Assembly: GCA_002633005.1 (NCBI GenBank)
Contig: NMRA01000127.1
Span: forward strand, 256,438 to 320,437
Source of the DNA: Phoronis australis
Lineage: Eukaryota; Animalia; Phoronida
Reading direction: 5' to 3'
Length of the DNA stretch: 64,000 nt
Made by a program: the position numbers and the translations under genes
Notes under the pieces: generated by a model
Seen by the model: the letters and a program-made list of their open reading frames with translations, nothing else
Databases searched by the model: none
What the model was told of the DNA's origin: nothing
Shown: positions 13,465 to 24,630 of the stretch, one piece after another
Numbering within the stretch: the first letter of the stretch is position 1
Layout: every line of letters starts with the position of its first letter

Positions 13465-14712
13465 TGCCTTAGTCACAATATTTCAACAAAGGCGATTATA
13501 TTGGTTAATCAATTTCCAGTTGAATCCCTGTAACTATTTCACATTCAGTGAATTTGAATTCCAAAACCTGCCGGATAAGACGAAACCATTGCTTGTTTAA
13601 ATCGCCAGAGTTGTGGAATCCGCAATTCAGTTTCAGCGAAGCGATCAACGTTGACGTCACACTGAATTGCCGGAAGTGCTAACGTCATTCAGGTTTGTGC
13701 GTTGCATGTGTTGGCAGTAAAACCTAATCAAGTCATTTAACGCCGTTTAAACGTTTAAGACAAGCGCACCACCCAGTTTATTACGTTCGTACAACTTAAT
13801 CAAAGCCGGCCTGTGTTCTGCAAGACACTAGCGAAAAAAGCAAGCCCATAAGTAGGGTTCGAGAGACATAAACAAGTGATCGCTTTCTTGTGTCAACGAA
13901 ACGTGCACCCGGTCAAAAAGTTCCGAGTTGCGGTCATGTTTTCGTGCCCATCACGTGATCCAGAATGCATTCGCAGGTAACAAAAGAATCGACCGCTGGC
14001 AACGTATAAAGAGCACACTAGTCTCAAATTAAAAATAGTAATTTACTGAAATAGGCAGGTTTTTCAGATTGAAATGGACAGTCCCAAGCTTCATGAATTC
14101 TCTTCAACCCTATTTCCGTTCTGTTCCAAAATGACTGTTCGGAATATAATCACACTCGGGCTGCATTTTGTTTGCAAGGAGATACCCTCCGGTATCTCTC
14201 GAACGGCGGCTTACTCAAACTAAAGGGGAGTTTGTCAGGAGAATGTTACTGTTTCTAAGAGACAGCATTTCGCTTGGGTACTGGGCAGACATGAATTGAT
14301 ATCAGTCAATAATAAATTCAATAGTAAAAACAATCCAATCCCGAGGATCCTCCTAAGTCAGTGTCGGCCAAATCGAAATCCACCAATCACAAGCGTACAA
14401 TACAAATGTTAGCAGAGGTAGTGTGTAATCTGACGACGTTGGCTGAGTACCTCGTGCACACAAAGCGCCATATGTCGCAAACCCATGCAGGAACTACCCA
14501 TAGTTGATGAAACTCCTACCCACTTCTTGTAACGTCGATCACGACAAAATCACTTTGAAATGGCATTCGTAATGTTGGTCGGTCAGTAGAAAAAACGACT
14601 AGGTGAAATAAAATATTGTACCACGTCAAGTTCTGTGTTCGAAAGAAGTGGAAATTCAGTTCAGAGTTTCACTGAGCTGTTGCGACTGAGGTGCAGTGTG
14701 ATAAAACATATC

Positions 14713-14820
14713 TGGCCTGCGTTACGTAGACGCGAGACTTCTCGTCATATCGCCATGCATTGCAAGCGAAGCATGTGACTACACTAGCTAAACTCGCGAG
14801 GCTCTTGCGTCTTCGGAACT
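14713..14820 (+). repeat. Short dispersed repeat family member
   Basis: Shares GTTACGTAGA...ATATCGCCATGCATT(G/A)CAAGCGAAG with 24508-24630 and is similar to 28062-28180. Confidence 0.65.
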
Positions 14821-16433
14821 CAATCTTATTTTGAGCACATCAATTCCAGGAAAAGGCAACTTGCATATCAAAAGCCCGACAAACACTCCAGCTTTTTATT
14901 CATAAAATCGAACGTCAATTAGCAGTTGCAAAAACGTTTGATAAAACTTATCCATATCGCAGTTGGGTGACACCATTGTCCTACATGACGTGCAATATAT
15001 GGAAACCACAGGACTTATCTGTGCGCAGTGATTACACACGCGATCATCGGTATCCGAGATATCCACTGACATGCAACAGAAACAGGAACTGGGAGAAATA
15101 TAGCCCCTGACCAAGGGTCACGGGAATAATCCACTATCAGACAACTGCGTATTTGGGAAATTAAGGTGCCGGCTATTCACACGCTGGATTTACTGCCCAA
15201 AAATACTTGATGTTGCGGAGCGAGATTTTCATGAAAGCCAATTTTGTGACTGGGATATAAACGTGTCAAGGCACGGCACAAACGTATTGTGCATTATGAA
15301 ACATGTCTATAGATTGAGTGAGCAATATTGTCTCAGATTATCACTGAGTTCAATGTAGTTAGTGGTCAGTGGGAGAGGTCATGTTTTAGAAAGGTAACGG
15401 AGGACATACCTGAACGGCACAAACCGAACGTACCTCCATGGTTATACTCTTTCCCAGAGCTTAGAGCAAGCACTGTGATTGAGTCATGTAACAAGGCTTC
15501 TCATAGATTAAAGGAGCATGCCACCCAAAAAACAACCCATTTTGTATCAATTTAGATCGAGTAGTTCTACTCGATAACGGCACGTTCGGTTGCGTTACCT
15601 GACACCTGACGGCAGACGGAGGTGTTGAAATTATCCAATGACGTCATTGGTTTCGCACGCAGTCTGTTCAGCAGTTCACAACACAGGTTACTGGTGTTAG
15701 CTTATCGCTTGAATTCATCGTTTAACACCAAAAATCATCACACTTCGATGCAAAACCCTTAAAAATACACAGAGTTTTTATAAAAACGTGTTGTTGTATT
15801 TCGCTGTTCCCGTGATTTATTGGTATTTGGACACACGGTAACTTACAAAGGCGGCAGGCCAATTTACCAACTAGCAGGAGTTTGGGGTCTGTTCGGAGGT
15901 AAATTCGAAGTATTCTTCAGTGAAATACAGACAGGAGAACCTCGAGCTGTGTTGTTTAGACTCATAATTTTTTTAGTTCTAAACACACAAAACGCCTGTT
16001 ATCCCGGCCAGAGGCTCTGAATCTGATCAGGCCCTTCGCGTCCGGACTGTTTCGCAACAGCTTTCTGTCAGCAAACACTGAATTAGCATGCGCTCACACG
16101 GCCTCGGTACCCGGTCAATTACCTTTGTTGCCGGCATCAAAAGCCGATAACGCAGTGGTTTATTCATTGCTGGCTTCTCAAAATTTGCACTCACGAATAC
16201 TGCAAAGGCATCACAAATTGTATCTTATGAGACAGACTTTGTTTCTGTTTTATATAAGCATTGGCTAAGATGAGAATAATTTATTTTGAAACAGAACGCA
16301 GAATAATACTAACGTCTACATGGCAACTCGCCCGGCGCCAATTCCGACTTAGTCAAGAGCTCATCAGAAGAAGACTTCACGGATCGGATCGTTAGGTTTC
16401 ACAGGCTATCAATTTCGAACCGGAATACACTGA

Positions 16434-16720
16434 TCAAGAAATACTAGAGAGGTGCCATGAACATGCACAGGCAACGGAACGTATGAATAGTTCTTTGGTC
16501 AGCCGGAATTCGTCAGAGAAATCACTGTCGCCGAAATGCCGGCCACAGACACGGAGGTGTTTCACGGCCTCATACTTGCTATTAACAACGTACCTTTCAT
16601 TCTTCACTACCACGAGCCATTTCCTAAGCATTTCGGGCTCTCGAGGAAGTCGAAAAAACGATATACCCGCTGTCTTCGCAGCTGACAAGCGTGAACGATG
16701 CACCACGATATAGCGGCATT
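16434..16720 (-). pseudogene. Degenerate THAP (C2CH zinc-binding) domain, transposon-derived remnant
   Basis: GISFFRLPREPEMLRKWL...LRVCGRHFGDSDF matches the THAP signature (F-x-F/L-P, W, C-x-x-H-F). The N-terminal Cys pair is disrupted and no transposase ORF follows. Confidence 0.8.
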
Positions 16721-16960
16721 CACTCTGCAGACGAACCACTGACGTCGCTGCGTCGTTTCTCACCTTCCTCACAGGTTAACGCGACACCTCTCGGCAAGGT
16801 GAGGTCGACCGTATAAGAGGCGATGTGTATATAGACCGATTAAGACGGTAAAAAAGAATAATTAAATCGGGTGGCATTCTCCTTTAAAAGTAGCGCAATA
16901 ACATTCGAACATTCCGATTGGTTGGAAAATAGCATTCGGAAATTCCGATTGGTTGATGGT

Positions 16961-17040
16961 CAGCCTCGTCCCCAAGCCTCAAGATGGCGCTGATCCGTTA
17001 AGCCCAATCAGCGCCATCTTGAGGCTTGGAAACGAGGCTG
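16961..17040. mobile_element. 80-bp hairpin mini-transposon with 9-bp TSD
   Basis: Arms CAGCCTCGTCCCCAAGCCTCAAGATGGCGCTGAT and ATCAGCGCCATCTTGAGGCTTGGAAACGAGGCTG. GTTGATGGT flanks both sides (16952-16960, 17041-17049). Confidence 0.9.
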
Positions 17041-18284
17041 GTTGATGGTAAGATGCATTTAGAATACTTCTCCATCTATTGAGAAAAGTATTTGAGGCTT
17101 GCAGCTGCAGCAACAATAGGAGCATATTAAATCGATGCACTCCGCAGTAAGTGTTTTCAGCATTTCCTAGTTTTTTTTTTCTGACCGCACGAGTGATCCA
17201 CAAAAGGTCGAAAGCCTGAACATGGCCTTCTTCCATGAATTACTTAGTGGGTGTAATCATATAATATAACAACTATTGACTTTCACACTCTGCCAATATG
17301 TTGATAATGTGATAATGACCTCAGCTCGGCCTCTGTCTCGCCTGAAACAAATAGCGATATCTTGTCTCCCATCAAGCCTCTGTTAGCATTAGTGACGCCC
17401 TAAGCTTACTGGTATCTGGTATAAGTTATCTCCACATGTAACCACATGGAAGTATTTTCAGACGAAAAAGGTTTGAAATTAGTTGTGCCCAGACGGGCAC
17501 TTAAGGATGATATGTCTCATTAAAACCGTGAATATTTAAATTTGTAGCAAGCGCCACTTAGTGACTTCCAGGAGAACTGTGTGTACAAGTATAAATTACA
17601 TCAGAAAAAGAAACAATTTGTAACTAAATTGCGGTTTTAAAGGAAACTCTACAACTGATACACAAGTGTAATTCTAAATATTACGCAATACTTATTTGAT
17701 AGTGAAATAACCAAAAAATAAAAATTGCGCCTTGCTTCATTAGGGAAACAGTGAAATTTTACCATACTCATTTACATAAAAAATAGTCTGGCAAAACCAG
17801 ACTTTCGCGAGATTGTAATGGTAACTGGTTCTCAGATGGTTTCCGGTACACTAGAGGACCCGGGATTGTAAATTAGTACTTCATTTGCATATTCACAACT
17901 TAATGAGACCATGCATCTTTAAACTACCGCAAGTTGTCCCAGTTGCAACTTCAGTGCAACTTGCCCCGCTTTCCGTGTGGACAGCAAACTGAGGCAAGGC
18001 AAAAATACTTAACAACTACGCGCTTGCGCAAGTGAATTATTTATCTGTTCACTACTACATAATCAATTTATTCTTATTCTGTTTCTTTTTTATTACTAAT
18101 TCACAATGAATAAAGTAAAATTAACGAAAACTTAAGGGAAATATCACCATGTTGTAGTCGAGTAACCGGTATTAATAAACCGAATGGTGTGCTCAAACGG
18201 ATTTCTGCCCGGCTTCACTTCCTTAACACCACTTGTGGGAGTGTCGTCAGGACACTCGGTTGATAGGGTGCAGGTCACGCTAGT

Positions 18285-18531
18285 TTAAAGTGACATTGAA
18301 CCCGTGCTTTCCGTCAAAAATGAGTTTTGATTTAAACCACTTAACGTTATAAGATTTGTCTTATCTTGTTCCTTACACAAGCCGTGACCCGGTCTGATGA
18401 TACGAGGAACTGTCGAAGGCCTGAAATCACTCCCAGTTTGATCGAGGAATAATTTAAGATCACGTGCATAACGGGTAAGTGGTATAATTGAAATTATTTT
18501 TATAGAAAGCAGGGGTTCAATGCCGCCGTAA
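18285..18531. mobile_element. Small TIR element, possibly Kolobok-like (TTAA target)
   Basis: TTAA|AGTGACATTGAACCC ... GGGTTCAATGCCGCC|GTAA, with imperfect TIRs. Confidence 0.5.
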
Positions 18532-19024
18532 GTCCTCATCTGAACAGACCTGGCTATTTTGTAATACTGACCATAAAATCATTGCCATGTGACCATTCAT
18601 ATTCTTCATAACTGGACTTCAATTCTAATATCTATCTTACTCGTAAATTTGTCAATCTCGATTTAAAATGATACTTTGGTGTATTGTTTTTGAGCGGACT
18701 CGCGTTTTCCACATCTTGTTTGATAGATCCTGGTGAGCTGACTCGTGGTCGAGCGGGTCTCGCCAATTGATGACTGATGTTCGCGAGTTTATGATTTCGT
18801 CCACCATCTTGAATATTTAGTTTGGCAGAGTAAGCAAACCGGTAGCTGTTTTTCGGAATAGCCACGCCATACTGACATTAACTATGCCGCCAGACGGCGA
18901 TCAGATATTTAGTGGAACTCGTTGGTTTCCTGCGTGCCGCTAGGTGGTAGCCAGTACGCAGGTAGAGAGCAGTAGCACGCGTTTTATCATTAGTTGATGT
19001 AACCTCGTCAGTCATTGGTTAGCT

Positions 19025-20317
19025 TAGTCTTGGCACAAACCTGTATACTAAATATACAGCTTTGCGCCGATGTGGGTAAAAACTGACCAGAAAAAATCTG
19101 ACACACTAAATTGTTTACCGGTGTTGAAAAAATTGGCCTTCTGCAGTTATTCTTCAGCTAAAGCATAGGCGGATTTATAGGGGGCCCAGGCACCCCCTTG
19201 GCTGCCACAAAAAATAAAACAGCAAGAGCGTAGGGAAATGTTGAGTTTATTAATCAACCCTGGTAATTAAAACTATACGGCTGAAACAAGATTTAAATGT
19301 GTGCAGTTTTAATGTTTGGGGGGCTCAGATCCAATTTCGAGTGTCAAATTCGGAACACGGCGCAATCGTAACGGAACTATGGCTAAGTACAGGCTCTCCC
19401 GCGATATCTTAGGCGACCGGCAGTGGCGCTGGGCACTATGCTCCGTTTCCGTCGTCTGCCCCACTGTGTAATGAAGAAAATTACTTCATTTTTCAAAGAA
19501 AATGGAATCTGAGTGATGGTGAAAAAACAGAAGCTGCTGGTAAGATGTGAATTTTAATCGAAGCCTTAGTGAATCACTTAGAAACTCGTAATTCTCTCTT
19601 TGTCAAACCTTAACTTAAGACGATTTCCAAAGCAATCGCGTCATTATTGCCAACACAAAAAACGGATTTGGTCTTTTGGGCAATTGAAGACTATTTTAAA
19701 TACAACAGATTTGTTACGAACTGATTGCACAAAATATAAAACGTGTAATGAGCATTACAAAAGGAAGGAGGTTTCTCGCGCAAACGCTGAGGACCATAAA
19801 CAAGTAGGTCTCTTAGTATTACATAGGAATTAAACCGTGGTGGTGCAGTGGTAAAGCACGCGCGCTCTATTCGCTAGTTCGTGAGTTCGAGTCTGTGGTA
19901 GCCTACGTGCAGTTTTTCCTGGTTGACACCTTTTCTTTCTTTTTTTTGCCTTTTTTCCCTTTTTTCCTTGGATAATACTTCGGGAATCAAGGATAATACT
20001 TGATTTTTAGAGGAAAAAACAGAAAAATTTCCTGGGCGGCGCCATGAAATATTGCGTCACCTATTGGCCAGTTTCTTTATTCGCCGATTCTACGATCAAC
20101 TGTCAATATAATAAAGGTCACTTTCTTACGTAATCCTCCACCTTTTCTAACACCGTTAAATAATTTAGTTTACTCAAGGAAGACTGTAGTTTTTACTGAC
20201 ACTAATTTTGTGTCGGATTTTATCTTACCACTTTTTTACCCACATCGGTGTAAAGTTGTATATTTAGTATACAGCTTTGTACCAAGGCTAGTGTTCATAC
20301 AACTAGCTGACTGGCTA
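19025..20317. mobile_element. Nested non-autonomous DNA element with long TIRs
   Basis: TAGTCTTGGCACAAACCTGTATACTAAATATACA...CCGATGTGGGTAAAA pairs with TTTTACCCACATCGG...TGTATATTTAGTATACAGCTTTGTACCAAGGCTA. TSD TGGTTAGCT (19016-19024, 20318-20326) is single-copy in the uninterrupted host at 1071-1644. Confidence 0.88.
19833..19900 (+). other. tRNA-derived Pol III-type head (degenerate tRNA/SINE-like), not a functional tRNA
   Basis: A box TGGTGCAGTGG (19841-19851), B box GAGTTCGAGTC (19883-19893), T runs downstream. The stems are degenerate. Confidence 0.55.
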
Positions 20318-22319
20318 TGGTTAGCTTTACAGCAAAGTGAGAAAATGGACTATGAACGATTTAACCTTGTCATGCAAGTGGCGTAGCAGCAACTATTTCG
20401 TTTCTGCAGCAATGTTTAATAGCCGCGTGCTTGAAGCACATACATGTACAATAAACACGCCGTTGGTCATCTGGCCGATTTAACTAGTGTGTTATTCAAT
20501 ACAGGACAGCAACGTAAACAAAAGTCAGCGACAGTAAAAAGATGCACTCCGAAAAGGCGCAACCACTATTTTCTGGGATTCCCATTTTTTGAACATGAAT
20601 TTTAAGCACCGATTTGTCTGTACAACAGACCACATTTACACTTCCTCCATCAGTCATGCCAGTTTGTTCGCGTAAAGCGCTGCCTGTTAAGAATTCGACC
20701 AGCCAATCAGAAACGCCGGTTTAAAAAAATTTCCCCCAGGAAATTAAAGCGTGCTGGCTACCACCTAGCTGCACGCAGGGAACCAGCGAGTTAGTAGACA
20801 GGCGTTCAGCGCCACCTACAGGTCTCATGTAATGTGGACTGGCAGTTTCAACCTACTTGTATAAACAGCGTTTTAACACCTTTCTTGTTATTACAATGAC
20901 AGCAAATTTCGGTGGGATGCGCTAATGCCATACGAAAAAGGTAAACCTCTTGAAGTATCAATGGATGAACAAGGACATCATTTCCAACTGCAAGGAACAA
21001 TCCGCGCCAAAGCCAGCGAATGCGGTTAATAAAGGGAATTTCGATCCCAGCAGCTACAACCTGATTTGTGTGCGTATTTCAACATATCAAATTGTCTCTT
21101 TATTTTTATCATTTCTTGAGATCACATCATTTTTCAATAGCTGCTCAATGAAGTTCAATTGCTCGCTGTCACTGGATGGATGCAAGGCAAAGCGACAACT
21201 CGCGACGATTAGCGTGATCTTGCAAAGCTAGAAAAATACTAGCCTGTTTTACTCCTTTTGGGTATTATGCAGTTTCGGCAGACGGGTCGATGTTCACGAT
21301 ACAACCAGGTTTTTGTGAGTTTGACAGGTGCGTGTTAATTTGTGTGCCTCGATCGAATTTCACAGAAGTGTAAATTAACAGTTCATGCAACGTGTCTGAT
21401 TAGCAGATTCGATCACTTCGTTTCTAAGGGACAAATTACGTAGAGCGCTGTATCGCGCTAATTACAAGCCCGAGATATCAATCTCATATTATCTAGCTAA
21501 ATTACTATTTACCCTAAGTCACTGGTGTGCGGTAATTTGCATGGTAAATATTTTGGAAACTTGCAGAAAAATAGTATATTTTCAAATTTTTCTTAGATGA
21601 GAAATAAAGACAACGTCGGTATTCTTCCAGTTTTAGTTTTGCAAATAGCCTCATAAAACGAATCGAAATTCAAACCAAATGAGACAAATTCTTCCCGAAT
21701 ACTAGCCTCCTACCAGAAAAGCTGGTTTTAAAATTAAATAACAAATATTATTTCAAATTTCTGTTAATTTAGAAATTCGCCGACGAGACCTACGTTCATA
21801 CATCTCAAATACCACAGGGTTGAAATTATCGAAGTGGTTTTAAAGGAGAAAGCAATATTTTTTCGTGTCATTTGGTAAAATACGGTTCATTGATCATCCC
21901 ATTCATTTTTCAGTTAATTACAACTTCCCGTGACCCAAACTTTGATCAGTTCATTGTGGACTTAACTAAAGTATTGGAGCTGTTTAGAAGGTGCTAGGTG
22001 AGTGGCGAGGTAGTCATGCTGCGGGATGTAAGCTGTTTGAGTGCTCAGGTCACCATCTTCACTACACTTAGGCTCAAACAAATTTCCATCCACTGGCTGG
22101 TCGTGAAAAATTCCTCTCGACCTCTGCTTTGAACAATGTCTCCATCATTCACGTTACTGTGATATGGGCTCGCCGACTTCAGCCGTTTTCAGGTTACTAC
22201 AAACTAAACGATTCCTAAATCCAATGTAAATGAGTTTTCTAACAACCTAGCTTGTCGTAGAATACTCGTCGATGGTACGTGGTGAGGACAATTTTAGGAA
22301 ACCAGCACGAAAACAACAG

Positions 22320-22580
22320 TAGAACAGATCCTCACAGTAAACTCCAACGCAGAAGCAAAATGGCGAGAAATTCTAAACCCCCTAAACGTCACTTCCGGAA
22401 TAGGGCATGGCTCATTAATTGAATTACGGGAAGCCGTAATTAACTGAATAACATGTCTGGATAAATCAACAAACTGTATTTTTACTAAAATTAAAATGAA
22501 AAGAGGTTGCTTTCTCCTTAAAACAGAACATATTTCGGCTGAATGAACATATCTTGGCGTTATTGTAAGCAAACTAACAA
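22320..22580 (+). pseudogene. Possible highly degraded non-LTR retrotransposon RT fragment
   Basis: The plus frame reads SNAEAKWR...LNVTSGIGHGS...TYLGVIV, resembling the RT motifs V-x-x-G-V-x-Q-G and Y-L-G, with stops and the intervening domain missing. Confidence 0.35.
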
Positions 22581-24507
22581 AAGTAAAGAGTGACTTTAAG
22601 CAGATCTTTTCTGATGCACCTACAAAGCATGAGAGACCATCTCGTGTGATCACTTCATACACAGAAATTCCCGGTTGCCCATAACGATGTGCGCTGCTTA
22701 CCGTATATGCGCGTATTTACGCCCATGCGCCAACATCTGAAATAATTCGTTCTTTAAAAAAATGTTTACTCCAGTGTTTCCCATTAAGACGCATGCGCTT
22801 AAGTTTCGCTCATATCCACAAGTGGGTGTTCTTTGCACAGGCGCATGTTTTATTGTGGATTCACCAGCACGCGTTGTGCTCGACACAAGCGCATAATCTT
22901 GACCCTTAAGAAACATATTTTCGTGACTTGGTTTGACAGTGCATTTTTCCGTACTGTTGGGTTTACTGTCTAGATGTTTTGAGTAACTAGTAGGAATAGC
23001 AGGTAATAGTCCAAGTGACAAACTGTTGGATTTAATATCTTCATATTTCTTCAGGATGAACAAAATTATAAATATATGATTGTATTATTAATTGAATCAG
23101 AGCTAAATAATGTCAAACGTTTTAAAAGCAAATTTACAAAATGTTCGATTAACTTAAACCATTCGATTAAAGTTCCCACTAAAAGCAACCGCGAAAATGT
23201 CAACAGTTTTCAACTGAAAAACAAACTTTTTCAATTTAAAAAATAATATGGTTCAAATTAAATACGTTTAGATGAAGTGCGTCCAATCGTCCGCAGGACA
23301 ATCGTCCGCAAGATTCTTCACTACATTCCTTGAGCCAAAAAGCTGAGTGTATTTTTACTCAAATGGATCGTGCATAGGCGTATGTGCCTAATTCCGGGTA
23401 TAGACACACTTTCGAATAAAGGCGCATGGAACTAAATGGCACACCGATTCATTATTCTGAATTGCATCCTTTATAATGTCACTAAAACACATTTTTCAAA
23501 TCCCAGGACGTGAGCAATGACGTCAACGGGAGCTACAACAACTCTAAATGTTCTTCTTAGGTTGCAAGTCAGCGCCTAAGGCCAGAGGTATACGATATTT
23601 AAGCACGTGTGGGATACAACGATGTACTTCTTCGGTCACATGTGTGTGTATGCTGGCAAAAGAAGAATATTACCTATAAGATCTCGCGAATAAAATTCAA
23701 CTAAAATCCTCGTGTTTAGTACGAAATGGGTGGGAAATATGCTGATCTTGTCTATAAATTATTTCGTAAAGGCTATAGATGTAAAAATAGACAGGTGACC
23801 CAGTCGTGGATTTTATTACCGAGAAAAAAACAACCTATAGGAGTATCAGTTCCGGTGTGACTGGTAAAACCGGAAAACGTTTTTGTAAAGCAACACGTGA
23901 CTGGTCAAATATTATAACTTGTCTGATAAAGATTTTCAGATAAAAAGAATATTTGCGCGAATGTTTGCAAAATCCACATTTTTGCTTATTTCCATTGCAC
24001 CATATTATGAAATGCCCTAGTACTTTAAAAAAGTTTACAAACTGACTACAGACCGAATCTTAGTCAATGGCTTTCTGTGCAACAACTCCGTAGTATTATA
24101 AATGAGCTGAATTTAGCTGGATAAATGTCAATGTGTCATGCGCAGATTTGAAGGCACTAAAGTGGCATTTAACAGTTTTTCCACTTCTTCGAGTTAAAGT
24201 CACATCTGAGTGATAACAGGTTAAACATGCACAGAGACATACATTTCTGTGTTCCCAACGTCCAGACATGGAATCACAAAGTGTATTAGTCAGGAATTCA
24301 AAGTAAATCCCTCTGAGACTAAAAGGAGTCCACGGCTATTTTCATTACGAAATATTTCCAAGACTGCGTGGACGTGAGTTCCACAGACCAAGTGATAGAA
24401 TTTTAATTCTGAGCAATTGTCGTCTGCGTTTGGCTGCCCTTTATGCGAACCCATTGCAACGAGGTCGTTACATATGAATCTAAATGACGCGTTCCGCTGA
24501 AGACTTT

Positions 24508-24630
24508 GTTACGTAGAGAATGTTTCTCACGACAAATACGAAATCCTTCGAGATATCGCCATGCATTACAAGCGAAGAACGTAACAAAACAAACTTTATT
24601 GGCGAGTGTCTAGCCCCTATGGAACGCGCA
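24508..24630 (+). repeat. Short dispersed repeat family member
   Basis: Matches 14713-14820 and 28062-28180 (ATGCATTACAA(G/A)CGA...AACTTTA-T-GCGAGTGTCT). Confidence 0.65.

Larger units (their letters stand above)
18918..20790 (-). mobile_element. MITE copy 2 (same family as 1071-1644, inverted), interrupted by a nested insertion
   Basis: Same TIRs. 20327-20790 and 18918-19024 are reverse-complement matches to copy 1. Flanks TTAGTGGAA/TTAGTAGAC look like a decayed 9-bp TSD. Confidence 0.9.

Noticed and set aside
14896-15114. Cys-rich minus-strand ORF as a zinc finger or metallothionein
   Set aside because: Non-ATG start, no recognisable spacing pattern and no convincing splice sites.
19833-19900. 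Functional tRNA gene
   Set aside because: The acceptor and anticodon stems do not pair properly and it lies within a transposon; kept only as a tRNA-like head.
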